Shown: positions 30,092 to 40,021 of the stretch, one piece after another
Layout of the letters: each line of letters opens with the position of its first letter
How positions within the stretch are numbered: position 1 is the stretch's first letter
Source of the DNA: Rhodospirillaceae bacterium
GTDB lineage: Bacteria; Pseudomonadota; Alphaproteobacteria; Rhodospirillales; Magnetospirillaceae
Direction: 5' to 3'
Assembly (NCBI GenBank): GCA_036675815.1
Contig: JAKFEE010000021.1
Coordinates: 278,328 to 342,327, forward strand
DNA length: 64,000 nucleotides
Translations under genes and position numbers: made by a program
The notes under the pieces: model-generated
The model's input: only the letters and a program-made list of their open reading frames with translations
Databases searched by the model: none
What the model was told of the DNA's origin: nothing

Positions 30092-31111
30092 TCAGGGCTG
30101 CGGCGGCGGCCGCGTCATCGTCGACTGGCTTTCGATCGGCCTGTGGCGCGACAGATAAGTCGGCACGATCACCTCGGCGGCGGTCGGCACGATGCCGAGC
30201 CGCTCCAGTCCCGGCAGGTTGCCGCTGACCACATTGTCGTGCCTCAGCAGCTTTACCTGGTCGGTGGTCAACATCGGATTGGGCAGCAGTTGCAGGACCA
30301 TCGCCTCGACATGGGCCAGGGGCAGCGGCACCGGCACCAGCAGGCGGCGGCGCTCGGTGACGCGCAACACCAGCTCCATCACCTCCTTCATCGTATAGAT
30401 GCGAGGGCCGCCAAGTTCGTAGGTATGGCCGGCGCGGGCGGGGCTGCGCAGGCACTCCATGATGGCGTCGGCAACGTCGCCGACATAGACCGGCTGGAAA
30501 CGGGGGCCGCCGCTGCCGAACGGCTCGAACACATGGCGGCCGTCGACCTTGCGCAGCCGCAAGGCGTCGCCGCTGACCACGGGCAGGGCCGGCGACACCC
30601 GCGCCATCTTGGCAAAGCGATTGAAAAAGCTGTCTTCCGGGCCAAAGATGACGCTGGGGCGGAATATCGTCGCCGCGGTGAAGGCAGCGCCGACCGCTTG
30701 TTCGCCCTCGGCCTTGGTCCGGGCGTAGAGCGACGGCGAGGCCGGATCAGCGCCCAACGCCGAGATGTGCACCAGAGTGGTGACGCCGGCCTGCTGGGCG
30801 GCCGCCGCCACATTTCGGGCGCCATCGACGTGGACGCGGTGGAAGGCGCCGCGCCGCCGCTCGTAGAGGATGCCGACCAGATTGACCACCGCCTCGGCGT
30901 CGCGCACCGCCGCCCGCACCGTCTCGTCGCGGCCGATGTCGGCAAATACCGGGACGATCTGGCCCATATGGCCGAAGGTGGTCAGGAACTGGGCGCCTTC
31001 GGGGTCGCGCACCGCCACGCGCACCGTCCATCCCTCGGCCGCCAGCCGCCGGACCAGATGGCGACCGATGAACCCCGACCCACCGAAGACCGTGACCAGC
31101 CGACGTGCCAT
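30092..31111 (-). CDS. NAD(P)H-binding complex I NDUFA9-like / NAD-dependent epimerase-dehydratase family protein
   Basis: MARRLVTVFGGSGFIGRHLV Rossmann N-terminus; 339 aa. Confidence 0.8.
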   Translation of the reverse strand: MARRLVTVFGGSGFIGRHLVRRLAAEGWTVRVAVRDPEGAQFLTTFGHMGQIVPVFADIGRDETVRAAVRDAEAVVNLVGILYERRRGAFHRVHVDGARNVAAAAQQAGVTTLVHISALGADPASPSLYARTKAEGEQAVGAAFTAATIFRPSVIFGPEDSFFNRFAKMARVSPALPVVSGDALRLRKVDGRHVFEPFGSGGPRFQPVYVGDVADAIMECLRSPARAGHTYELGGPRIYTMKEVMELVLRVTERRRLLVPVPLPLAHVEAMVLQLLPNPMLTTDQVKLLRHDNVVSGNLPGLERLGIVPTAAEVIVPTYLSRHRPIESQSTMTRPPPQP

Positions 31112-31293
31112 CGCAGCCCCCTGTCAGAGCGAGTTTCCGCCGCGCCCAAGCGTAGATTAGCGCCCGCCCCCCGGCAACGTGCAATCGCGGCGCCACCCCG
31201 AAGAAAACCTTTTGAAAAAAGCCGTTGACACCAAGGGGGCGCCAGAGTATCCCTCCCGACCTCGGCAGACGCCGAGCCGCGGGTGGTTCCCGC

Positions 31294-31380
31294 GCCCAGG
31301 TGGCGGAATTGGTAGACGCGCTAGATTCAGGTTCTAGTGGCCGCAAGGTCGTGGAAGTTCGAGTCTTCTCCTGGGCACCA
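31294..31380 (+). tRNA. tRNA-Leu (anticodon CAG)
   Basis: The gcccagg / cctgggc acceptor stem pairs. The anticodon stem-loop is ctaga-ttCAGgt-tctag. It has a long variable arm, a gttcgagtc T-loop and a 3' ACCA. Confidence 0.9.
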
Positions 31381-31478
31381 TCCTTTCCTGCTTGACCGGC
31401 CCACAGCCCAAACGGCGTGTGTGGCCGGTCAGCCGCGGCGCCACCGGCGGCGGCACCATCAGCAAGAGAAGAGCGGAC

Positions 31479-32090
31479 ATGACCACCACCGTCCACCGCG
31501 GCGACCTGCCGCCCGGCCTGTCCTTCGGACCCGTCGTTGCCATCGACACCGAAACCATGGGGCTGTCGCTGCAGCGCGACCGCCTTTGTGTGGTGCAGCT
31601 GTCGTCCGGCGACGGCACCGCCCATGTGGTGCATCTGCCCGATGGTCGCTATGACGCGCCCAATCTCAAGGCCCTCCTCGCCGATCCGACGGTAACCAAG
31701 CTGTTTCACTTCGCGCGGTTCGACTTGGCGATGATCCGCCGCCATCTCGGCGTGGTTTGCGCCCCGGTCTACTGCACAAAGATCGCCTCGCGTCTCACCC
31801 GCACCAACACCGACCGCCATGGCCTCAAGGACCTGTGCCGCGACCTGCTGGGTGTGGAACTGTCGAAACAGCAGCAAACCTCCGACTGGGGGACCGAACG
31901 GCTTTCGGCCGAACAGGTGGCATACGCCGCCTCCGACGTGCTGCACCTCCACGCACTCAAGGCGCGGCTCGACGCCCTTCTCGATCGCGAAGGCCGGCGC
32001 GACCTGGCCGAAGCCTGCTTCCGGTTCCTCCCCGATCGCGCCGCACTCGACCTTGCCGGGTGGGAACACGAAGACATCTTCACCCATTGA
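31479..32090 (+). CDS. 3'-5' exonuclease (RNase D-like DEDD domain protein)
   Basis: Internal ATG 31479. VAIDTETMGL..LCVVQL..KLFHFARFDL..YAASDV are DEDDy motifs. Confidence 0.8.
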   Translation: MTTTVHRGDLPPGLSFGPVVAIDTETMGLSLQRDRLCVVQLSSGDGTAHVVHLPDGRYDAPNLKALLADPTVTKLFHFARFDLAMIRRHLGVVCAPVYCTKIASRLTRTNTDRHGLKDLCRDLLGVELSKQQQTSDWGTERLSAEQVAYAASDVLHLHALKARLDALLDREGRRDLAEACFRFLPDRAALDLAGWEHEDIFTH

Positions 32091-32169
32091 TCACCGGCAC
32101 AGTGGTTGCATCGGCAGGCGCCGACGGCGCATACTGCGGCGCAGCACCGGCCCCGGCATCGAGGACCAT

Positions 32170-33153
32170 GTGAGCAAGCGGGAGATCATCACGTCGCATG
32201 AGGAGGCGGGCCTGGCATCCGGGCGGCGTGTCCTGCGCATCGAGGCCGAGGCGCTGGACACCCTGGCCCAGGCCCTCGACGGCTCGTTTACGTCCGCGCT
32301 CGATCTGCTGATCGCGGTCACGGGGCGGGTGGTGGTGACCGGCATCGGCAAGAGCGGTCACGTGGCGCGAAAGATCGCCGCCACCTTGGCCTCGACCGGC
32401 ACCCCCGCCTTCTTTGTCCATCCGGCCGAAGCCAGCCACGGCGATCTTGGCATGGTGACCGAACAGGACGCCATCCTGGCGCTGTCGAATTCCGGCGAGA
32501 CCGCCGAGCTGGGCGATGTCGTCGCCTATAGCCGGCGGTTCGGCATTCCGCTGGTGGCCATGACCAGCCGTGCCGACAGCTCCCTCGCCCAGACCGCCGA
32601 CGTCGCTTTGGTGCTGCCGCCCGCCGCCGAAGCCTGCCCGATCGGCCTGGCGCCGACGACGTCGACGACCCTGATGCTGGCCCTCGGCGATGCCCTGGCC
32701 GTCGCATTGCTCGAGCGCCGCGGGTTCTCGGCGGCCGAGTTCCGCGTCTTCCATCCGGGGGGGCAACTGGGCCGGCGGTTGCTCAAGGTCGCCGACCTGA
32801 TGCACGGCGGCGACGCCGTGCCCGTGGTGCCGGCGACGATGCCGATGGGGGAGGCTTTGCTCATCATCACCGCCAAGAGCTTCGGTTGCGTCGGAGTTGT
32901 CGATGCGGGCGGCAAGCTGGCCGGCGTCGTCACCGACGGCGATCTGCGGCGCCACCTCGCCCCGAGCCTGTTGCAGATGACCACCGGCGACGTGATGACG
33001 GCCCACCCGAAGACGGTGCCGCCGAATCTGTTGGCCGTCGAGGCCCTGGCGATGATGAATGCCTGCGCCATCACCAGCCTATTCGTCGTCGAGGATGAGG
33101 TCCCGGTGGGCATTCTCCATATTCATGACTGCCTACGTGCGAGGCTGATGTGA
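32170..33153 (+). CDS. kdsD: arabinose-5-phosphate isomerase (KpsF/GutQ/KdsD family; SIS plus tandem CBS domains)
   Basis: VVVTGIGKSGHVARKIAATLASTGTPAFFVHPAEASHGDLGM. There is no in-frame ATG, and GTG 32170 is the likely start. Confidence 0.85.
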   Translation: MSKREIITSHEEAGLASGRRVLRIEAEALDTLAQALDGSFTSALDLLIAVTGRVVVTGIGKSGHVARKIAATLASTGTPAFFVHPAEASHGDLGMVTEQDAILALSNSGETAELGDVVAYSRRFGIPLVAMTSRADSSLAQTADVALVLPPAAEACPIGLAPTTSTTLMLALGDALAVALLERRGFSAAEFRVFHPGGQLGRRLLKVADLMHGGDAVPVVPATMPMGEALLIITAKSFGCVGVVDAGGKLAGVVTDGDLRRHLAPSLLQMTTGDVMTAHPKTVPPNLLAVEALAMMNACAITSLFVVEDEVPVGILHIHDCLRARLM

Positions 33154-33812
33154 GCGGCAGTGCGGTGAGCGGAGAGGATTATCGGCCACAACGGCCCGGC
33201 GCTGGACGGCGTGCCGCGTCGGTGCACCACTACACCCGCTACGTCGCGATCATGCGGCGGCTGCTGCCGGCGGTCGCCGTCGTGCTGGTGGCCATCATCG
33301 TCAGTTGGCCGCAGCTTCTGCCCGACAACCGGGTCCAGGTGGGCTACAGCGACGAAGACTTGGCCGACATGGGTCGCCACAGCCTGTCGATGGTCAACCC
33401 GCGCTACTATGGCGTCGACGGCCAGATGCGCCCCTACAGCATCTTCGCCGAGGCGGCCAAGCAGTCGCCGGGCCAGATCATCAACCTCGATCAGCCGCGC
33501 GCCGACATGAAACTGAAGGACGGCGGTAACGTCCTCTTGGATGCGCGCCATGGCACCTATCAGCAGGAGGAGCAGCGGCTGCAGCTGCGCGGCGACGTCA
33601 ATCTGTCCCAGGACTCCGGTTACGAGATCCATACCCAGTCGGCGACGATCGACCTTATGGCAGGTACGGCCGAGGGCCATGAGCCCGTCGATGGGCATGG
33701 CCCCTCCGTCCAGCTTGAGGGCGAGGGCTTTCGCCTGATAGAGCGAGGGCAGACCATTTTCCTGACCGGCAAGAGTCACGTCGTGCTCAATCCCACGCCT
33801 AAAGCGCCATGA
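33150..33812 (+). CDS. lptC: LPS export system protein LptC
   Basis: GTG 33150 overlaps the kdsD stop (GTGA). It has an N-terminal TM anchor and an OstA-like fold, and sits upstream of lptA. Confidence 0.75.
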   Translation: MSGSAVSGEDYRPQRPGAGRRAASVHHYTRYVAIMRRLLPAVAVVLVAIIVSWPQLLPDNRVQVGYSDEDLADMGRHSLSMVNPRYYGVDGQMRPYSIFAEAAKQSPGQIINLDQPRADMKLKDGGNVLLDARHGTYQQEEQRLQLRGDVNLSQDSGYEIHTQSATIDLMAGTAEGHEPVDGHGPSVQLEGEGFRLIERGQTIFLTGKSHVVLNPTPKAP

Positions 33813-34669
33813 GAACCTTCCGACGCGCCCTCGTGGTCGCCGCCGCCATCGTCTCGCTGGCGCTACCCGCCGAAGCCGGCTTCGATTTCGCCAGCCGCGA
33901 AGCGCAGGGCCCGGTCCAGGTGTCGGCCGACCAAGGCATCGAATGGAACCGGGGCAGCAAGGTGTTCATCGCGCGCGGCAATGCCGAGGCGACCCGCGGC
34001 AATGTCACCGTGACCGGCGACGAGCTGCACGCCTATTACCGCGAAAGCCAGGCCGGCGACACCGAGATCTATCGCGTCGAGGCCTATGGCGTGGTCACCA
34101 TCGCCACCCCCACCGAGACCGCCACCGGCAATTTCGCTTCATACGATATCGACGGGGCCAAACTGACGCTCAAGGGTGCCCCGGCAAAGCTGGTCACCCC
34201 CACCGACACCGTCACCGCCACCGACAGCATCGAGTACAGCGAGCTGACGCGTCTGGCCGTGGCCCGTGGTGATGCTCTGGCCAGCCGCGCCGATCGGCGC
34301 GTACGCGCCGACATCCTGACCGCCCGCTTCGAAGAGGATGCCAATGGCCGGCTGGTTCTGCAGAAGGCCGATGCCGTCGGCCACGTCGTGTTGACCACCG
34401 CTACCGAAGTAATCACCGGCGACAAGGGCGACTATAATGCCAAGACGGGTGTCGCCACGGTCACCGGGGCGGTCAAGATCACCCGCGAGGATAATCAACT
34501 GAATGGCGGCTACGCGCACGTGAACCTCAACAGCGGCATCAGCAGACTCTTTGCCGCGGCACCCGGCGCGCGTGGCAATGGCAAGCGCGTGCAGGGGCTG
34601 TTCGTTCCCCAGGACGGGCAGCAACCGCCCGCCGAGGGCGAGGGCGCCGGCCCCGAGCGGAGGCGCTGA
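33809..34669 (+). CDS. lptA: LPS transport periplasmic protein LptA (OstA family)
   Basis: Signal peptide; ..VQVSADQGIEWNR..ARGNAEATRGN.. OstA_N repeats; 4-nt overlap with lptC. Confidence 0.8.
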   Translation: MRTFRRALVVAAAIVSLALPAEAGFDFASREAQGPVQVSADQGIEWNRGSKVFIARGNAEATRGNVTVTGDELHAYYRESQAGDTEIYRVEAYGVVTIATPTETATGNFASYDIDGAKLTLKGAPAKLVTPTDTVTATDSIEYSELTRLAVARGDALASRADRRVRADILTARFEEDANGRLVLQKADAVGHVVLTTATEVITGDKGDYNAKTGVATVTGAVKITREDNQLNGGYAHVNLNSGISRLFAAAPGARGNGKRVQGLFVPQDGQQPPAEGEGAGPERRR

Positions 34670-34671
34670 CC

Positions 34672-35445
34672 ATGACCGAGGCAATGCATCCGCGCGGCGA
34701 AGGGCCGCGGCTCGTAGCCGACAACACGGGGCTTAGGGTCAACAATCTCGGCAAGCGTTACAAGCGCCGGCCCGTGCTGCGTGACGTCAGCATGAGTGTG
34801 CAGCGCGGCGAGGCGGTTGGACTGCTCGGCCCCAACGGTGCCGGCAAGACGACGTGCTTCTATTGCATCACCGGCCTGATTGCCCCCGACACCGGCAGTA
34901 TCGCCCTCGACGGCGAGGACATCACCGGCTTGCCCATGTACCGCCGCGCCCGCCTTGGCATCGGCTATCTGCCGCAGGAGGCTTCGATCTTCCGCGGCCT
35001 GTCGGTCGAAAACAATGTCCGGGCGGTGCTGGAGGTGGTGGAGCCGGTGCGCGACAAGCGCGAGGCCATGCTGGAAACGCTGTTGGCCGAATTCTCGATC
35101 ACCCACTTGCGGCGGGCACCGGCACTGGCGCTGTCGGGCGGCGAGAGACGGCGCGTCGAGATTGCGCGGGCGCTGGCCTCGCAGCCGAATTTCATTCTCC
35201 TGGACGAGCCGCTGGCCGGCATCGACCCGATCGCCATCGGCGACATTCGCGACTTGGTGGCGCATCTGAAGGACCGCAATATCGGCGTCCTCATCACCGA
35301 CCATAACGTACGCGAGACCCTGGAAATCGTGGACCGCGCCTACATCCTCCATGACGGTATGGTCCTGATGCAGGGGCCGCCGTCCGAGATCGTGGCACAC
35401 GAGGGCGTGCGGCGCGTCTATCTCGGCGAGCGCTTCAGCCTCTGA
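34672..35445 (+). CDS. lptB: LPS export ABC transporter ATP-binding protein LptB
   Basis: Walker A GPNGAGKTT, signature LSGGERRR, Walker B ILLDEP, and ITDHNVRETL typical of LptB. Confidence 0.92.
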   Translation: MTEAMHPRGEGPRLVADNTGLRVNNLGKRYKRRPVLRDVSMSVQRGEAVGLLGPNGAGKTTCFYCITGLIAPDTGSIALDGEDITGLPMYRRARLGIGYLPQEASIFRGLSVENNVRAVLEVVEPVRDKREAMLETLLAEFSITHLRRAPALALSGGERRRVEIARALASQPNFILLDEPLAGIDPIAIGDIRDLVAHLKDRNIGVLITDHNVRETLEIVDRAYILHDGMVLMQGPPSEIVAHEGVRRVYLGERFSL

Positions 35446-35454
35446 GGGTCGGCC

Positions 35455-36921
35455 ATGGCGCTCGCTCCACGGCTCGATCTTCGCCACACCCAGGCGTTGG
35501 TGATGACGCCGCAGCTCCAGCAGGCGATCAAGCTGCTGCAGCTATCCAATCTCGAGCTCAGCGAGTTCGTCGAGCAGGAGCTCGAGCGCAACCCGCTGCT
35601 CGAACGGGACGACGACCACGGGCCTGCCGACGAACCGCCGCAGCCGGACGTCAAGGCCGCCGCCGACGAGCCTATTCTGGAGATGGCGGCGCCGGGTCAG
35701 GCGGAAGCGCCGCTCGACATCGACTACGACAACACTTGGCAAGCCGACGCTGGGCTCGACGGCGGCGACTGGCGATCCCGGGGCGGCAGCGGAATCGACG
35801 ATGGCGAAGACTATCTCGAACGGACGCTGAGCCGCGGCGTGACCTTGCGGGAACACCTGCTGGAACAGCTCAACATCGACATCGATGACGCGGCCGACCG
35901 GCTGATCGGCGTGCACCTCATCGAAATGCTGAACGAAGCCGGCTACCTGATGGGCGGCCTTGACGAAGCCGCCGCCATGCTCGGCTGCGAGGCAGCCCGG
36001 ATCGAGGCGGTTCTGGCACGGCTGCAGGGCTTCGATCCTTGCGGCGTGTTCGCCCGCAGCCTGGCCGAATGCCTTGCCATCCAGCTGCGCGAGCGCAATC
36101 GCCTCGACCCGGCGATGCAGGCCCTGCTCGACCATCTCGATCTGCTCGCCAAGCGCGACCTGCCGGGCCTGATGCGGGCCTGCGGCGTCGATGCCGAGGA
36201 TCTCGCCGACATGATCGGCGAGATCAAGGGGCTCAATCCCCGGCCGGCCGTCGCCTTCGATACCGAGATCGCCCAGCCGATCACCCCCGACGTGATCTTG
36301 CGCCGCGCCCCCGACGGCAGCTGGCTGGTCGAGCTACACAGCGACACGCTGCCGCGCGTCCTGGTCAACAGCCGCTATTATACGAAAGTGTCGGCGGCGG
36401 TGCGCAGCCGCGAAGACAAGGGATATCTGTCAGAGCAACTGCAATCGGCCAATTGGCTGGTAAAATCAATTCATCAGCGCGCGACCACCATCCTGAAGGT
36501 GGCGAGCGAGATCGTACGCCAGCAGGACGCGTTCTTTCGATTGGGCATCCAGCACCTGCGGCCGCTGGTGCTGCGGGACATCGCCCAGGCGATCGGGATG
36601 CATGAGAGCACGGTGAGCCGGGTGACCACCAATAAATACATGACGACGCCGCGCGGCATGTTCGAACTGAAGTATTTTTTCAGCCAGGCGATCGCCGCCG
36701 CTGCGGGGGGCGAGTCGCATTCGGCCGAGGCGGTGCGCCATCGCATCAAGGGCTTGATCGACAACGAGGAAGCCAGGAACGTGCTTTCGGACGATCGCAT
36801 CGTCGACGTCCTCAAGGCGAATGGCGTCGACATCGCCCGGCGCACGGTGGCCAAATACCGCGAGGCGATGAACATCCCGTCGTCGGTGCAGCGTCGGCGC
36901 GAAAAGATGCTGGGTGTCTGA
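35455..36921 (+). CDS. rpoN: RNA polymerase sigma-54 factor
   Basis: N-terminal LQQAIKLLQLSNLEL, and a C-terminal RpoN box ARRTVAKYRE. Confidence 0.95.
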   Translation: MALAPRLDLRHTQALVMTPQLQQAIKLLQLSNLELSEFVEQELERNPLLERDDDHGPADEPPQPDVKAAADEPILEMAAPGQAEAPLDIDYDNTWQADAGLDGGDWRSRGGSGIDDGEDYLERTLSRGVTLREHLLEQLNIDIDDAADRLIGVHLIEMLNEAGYLMGGLDEAAAMLGCEAARIEAVLARLQGFDPCGVFARSLAECLAIQLRERNRLDPAMQALLDHLDLLAKRDLPGLMRACGVDAEDLADMIGEIKGLNPRPAVAFDTEIAQPITPDVILRRAPDGSWLVELHSDTLPRVLVNSRYYTKVSAAVRSREDKGYLSEQLQSANWLVKSIHQRATTILKVASEIVRQQDAFFRLGIQHLRPLVLRDIAQAIGMHESTVSRVTTNKYMTTPRGMFELKYFFSQAIAAAAGGESHSAEAVRHRIKGLIDNEEARNVLSDDRIVDVLKANGVDIARRTVAKYREAMNIPSSVQRRREKMLGV

Positions 36922-37102
36922 CGACACGAGCCGCGCTCGCCTTGACAGCCGAGGCCCCCGGAACTATTGTCCGGCGCTTCGTTTGGATCGGCGGCCAGGC
37001 CCGCCCGGATGGCTGGGCGTCCGAGAGCGGCGGGCCGTTCAAAAGGTCCCAGGTGACCCTGGCCGCAACAGCGGCCCAGGCGATTGCCACTGAGGTTTCG
37101 CA

Positions 37103-37567
37103 ATGGACATTGCTGATCTGATCACTCCCTCGAGCGTCATTCCCAACCTGCGCGCCACCAGCAAGAAGCAGGCGCTGCAGGAGTTGGCCAAGCGGGCGGC
37201 GGAGCTGACCGGCCTGCATGAGCGCGCCGTCTTCGACGTCCTGCTCGAGCGCGAGCGGCTGGGCACCACCGGTGTCGGCAATGGCATCGCCATCCCGCAC
37301 GGCAAGCTGGCCAATCTCGATCGCCTGCACGGGCTGTTCGCCCGGCTCGAGCGCCCGATCGCCTTCGATTCGATCGACGAACAACCCGTCGATCTGATCT
37401 TTCTGCTGCTGGCGCCCGAATCGGCGGGGGCCGATCACTTGAAGGCGCTGGCGCGGGTTTCCCGCCTGTTGCGGGACAAGGGCATCTGCGAAAAGCTGCG
37501 CGGCACCGACAGCGCCGACGCGCTTTATGCGCTGCTGACCGAATCACCGGCGAGCCGCGCCGCCTGA
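37103..37567 (+). CDS. ptsN: PTS IIA-like nitrogen regulatory protein
   Basis: ..[20 protein letters not shown].. (phosphorylatable His) and LLLAPE; 154 aa. Confidence 0.9.
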   Translation: MDIADLITPSSVIPNLRATSKKQALQELAKRAAELTGLHERAVFDVLLERERLGTTGVGNGIAIPHGKLANLDRLHGLFARLERPIAFDSIDEQPVDLIFLLLAPESAGADHLKALARVSRLLRDKGICEKLRGTDSADALYALLTESPASRAA

Positions 37568-37622
37568 GGCGGACGCAGTCCGGCGCGGATTCCATGAAAT
37601 CCTTGAACATGGGGAAGTGTGC

Positions 37623-38729
37623 ATGGCGAAAAAGCTGCTGATCCTGCCTGGCGACGGCATCGGCGTCGAAGTGATGGCGCAGGTCCGTCGCATCATCGAC
37701 TGGATGGCGAAGCGCCGCGATGTGCAGTTCGAGGTGGGGGAAGGCTTGATCGGCGGCGCCGCCTATGACGCGTCCGGCACGCCGCTCGCCGACGAGACCC
37801 TGGCCGATGCCATGGCCGCCGACGCCGTGCTGCTGGGCGCGGTGGGCGGTCCCAAGTGGGACGACTTGCCCTTCGACAAGAAGCCCGAGCGTGGCCTGCT
37901 CAAGATCCGCAAGGAGATGGGCCTGTTCGCCAATCTACGCCCGGCCGTGGTGTTCGACGCCCTGGTCGACGCCTCGACCCTGAAGGCCGAGGTCGTGCAG
38001 GGCCTCGACGTCATGATCGTGCGCGAACTGACCGGCGGCCTGTATTTCGGCGAGCCGCGCGGCATCGAGACGCTGCCCGACGGCCAGCGCAAGGGCGCCA
38101 ACACCCTCACCTACACCACCAGCGAGATCCAGCGCATCGGCCGCGTCGCCTTCGAACTGGCGCGCAAGCGCAACAAGAAGCTGTGCTCGGTCGACAAGGC
38201 CAATGTCCTGGAATGCACGGTGCTGTGGCGCGAGGAGATGATCAAGCTGCAGCAGACCGAGTATCCCGACGTCGAGCTGAGCCACATGTATGTCGACAAC
38301 GCGGCGATGCAGCTGGTGCGCAACCCCAAGCAATTCGACGTGATGGTCACCGAAAACATGTTCGGCGACATCCTCTCGGACTGTGCCGCCATGCTCACGG
38401 GTTCGCTCGGCATGCTGCCCTCGGCCAGCCTCGGTGCCGCCGACGCAGCGGGCAAGCGCCGCGCCCTGTACGAACCGGTGCACGGCTCGGCCCCCGACAT
38501 CGCCGGCAAGGACATGGCCAACCCGCTGGCCACCATCCTCAGCTTCGCCATGATGCTGCGCTATTCGTTCAACATGGACGCGGATGCCGGGCTCATCGAG
38601 CAGGCGGCGAAAAATGTCCTGAACGGTGGCCTGCGCACCGCCGACATCATGCAGCCGGGCAAGGCCCGCGTATCCACTACGGTCATGGGCGAGGCCCTGG
38701 TCCGCGAGTTGGACAAGCTGCACGGCTGA
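37623..38729 (+). CDS. leuB: 3-isopropylmalate dehydrogenase
   Basis: [45 protein letters not shown] 37623 follows a GGGGAAG RBS. Confidence 0.93.
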   Translation: MAKKLLILPGDGIGVEVMAQVRRIIDWMAKRRDVQFEVGEGLIGGAAYDASGTPLADETLADAMAADAVLLGAVGGPKWDDLPFDKKPERGLLKIRKEMGLFANLRPAVVFDALVDASTLKAEVVQGLDVMIVRELTGGLYFGEPRGIETLPDGQRKGANTLTYTTSEIQRIGRVAFELARKRNKKLCSVDKANVLECTVLWREEMIKLQQTEYPDVELSHMYVDNAAMQLVRNPKQFDVMVTENMFGDILSDCAAMLTGSLGMLPSASLGAADAAGKRRALYEPVHGSAPDIAGKDMANPLATILSFAMMLRYSFNMDADAGLIEQAAKNVLNGGLRTADIMQPGKARVSTTVMGEALVRELDKLHG

Positions 38730-38777
38730 GGATCGGTCCTTAGCGAGATGCGGTCAGGTGGAACCAGCTTCTTTTCC

Positions 38778-38836
38778 GTCACCCCCGGGCTTGACCCGGG
38801 GGTCCATGGATTGCCGGGTCAAGCCCGGCAATGACG
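38778..38836. repeat. intergenic hairpin-pair repeat (gtcacccccgggcttgacccgggggtcc ... ggattgccgggtcaagcccggcaatgacg)
   Basis: Two 9-bp perfect stems with the same gtcac...tgacg framing as the 22640 and 28268 elements. Confidence 0.7.
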
Positions 38837-38887
38837 AATTAAGAGGGAGAGCACACCTGAATTCATCACACTCTCGAGCCCTTTACG

Positions 38888-38916
38888 AAACCCCGACCGC
38901 GAGGCCGGGGTTTTTT
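38888..38916 (+). terminator. rho-independent (probably bidirectional) terminator between leuB and the Cys-rich gene
   Basis: ccccgacc-gcga-ggccgggg stem followed by tttttt. It abuts the stop of the minus-strand ORF at 38919. Confidence 0.6.
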
Positions 38917-38918
38917 AG

Positions 38919-39155
38919 TCATTGCACGTGGTCGCGGGCGTCGGCGTGCCCGCCTTGCTTGGCGCAGTTGGCGCAGCAATACATTTCCGGCCCCGCTTCG
39001 ATACCGTGGCCGATGATGCGCATCCCACAGTGCGCACAGGTGGGCGCCATCATGTGGATGGCGCATTCGAAGCTGTCGAAAGTGTGGCGTTCACCGCCCC
39101 GCATCACCTCGAACGCCTTGTCGTAGTCGTTGCCGCAGGTCTCGCAGCGGGCCAT
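38919..39155 (-). CDS. small cysteine/histidine-rich putative metal-binding protein
   Basis: MARCETCGNDYDKAFEV..FDSFECAIHMMAPTCAHCG..MYCCANCAK. GGAGGGGG precedes ATG 39155, and ATG 39167 is an alternative. Confidence 0.6.
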   Translation of the reverse strand: MARCETCGNDYDKAFEVMRGGERHTFDSFECAIHMMAPTCAHCGMRIIGHGIEAGPEMYCCANCAKQGGHADARDHVQ

Positions 39156-39331
39156 CGCCCCCTCCATGGTTGCCTGCCCGGTTCAACGCTGCCGCCGGCC
39201 ATTTGTTCTGTGCGGGTTTCGGCGCGCGCCCAATGGGCGCGGCCGCTCGACCCACACCAATGGCCAGTATCTCGCACCGTGGCGATCGTATACGATTTCA
39301 TCTGCATCGCATCCAGGGGCGGGATATTCCG

Positions 39332-39991
39332 GTGAGAAGTGCGGATCGGCTGAGGGAAGCGCTCGAGCGCGAGATCGTCACCGGTGAACTGCCGCCGGGC
39401 AGCCGCCTGGACGAGCCGATGCTGGTGCGCCGCTTCGGCGTCTCGCGGACGCCGGTACGCGAGGCCCTGAACCAGCTTTCCGCCATGGGTTTGGTGGAGA
39501 TGCGCCCGGCCCGCAGCCCGATCGTCGCCAGCCTCACCGTCCAGGACCTCCTCGATGCCTTCGAGGTGATGACCGAACTGGAGGGGCTGTGTGGGCGGCT
39601 GGCGGCGCGACGCGCCACCGATGCCGACCGCGCGGCGCTGGTGCGGCTCCACGATTCGGCCGCCGGTGCCGCCGCCGCGAACGCCGCCGACTCTTACTAC
39701 GAAGCCGATGCGGCCTTTCATGAGGCCCTGTACGGCGCCGCCCACAACCGGATACTGGAAAGCCAGCTGCGCACCCTGCGCCGGCGCTTCGGCCCCTATC
39801 GCCGCAAGCACTTCGGCTGGCGTGGGCGCATCGGCCAGTCGTACCAGGAACATGCCAACATCGTCGCCGCCATCCAGGCCGGCGATCCCGAGGCCGCCGA
39901 GGCGGTGGTGCGGGCCCATGTCACCATGAATGGCGACGTGTTGGCCGATTTCCTGCGCGGCCTCACCGAGGCCGTATGCGAGCCGGGCTAA
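39332..39991 (+). CDS. GntR-family (FCD subfamily) transcriptional regulator
   Basis: LREALEREIVTGELPPGSRLDEPMLVRRFGVSRTPVREAL HTH plus a C-terminal FCD domain. GTG 39332 is favoured because third-position GC rises there, and ATG 39260 is possible. Confidence 0.8.
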   Translation: MRSADRLREALEREIVTGELPPGSRLDEPMLVRRFGVSRTPVREALNQLSAMGLVEMRPARSPIVASLTVQDLLDAFEVMTELEGLCGRLAARRATDADRAALVRLHDSAAGAAAANAADSYYEADAAFHEALYGAAHNRILESQLRTLRRRFGPYRRKHFGWRGRIGQSYQEHANIVAAIQAGDPEAAEAVVRAHVTMNGDVLADFLRGLTEAVCEPG

Positions 39992-40021
39992 CCGGCCGAA
40001 GAAAGCACGGAGGATGACGTC

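Noticed and set aside
31381-31478. Genomic-island integration downstream of tRNA-Leu(CAG).
   Set aside because: The genes that follow (RNase D-like, kdsD, lptCAB, rpoN) are core genes with native GC. There is no integrase and no direct repeat of the tRNA 3' end.
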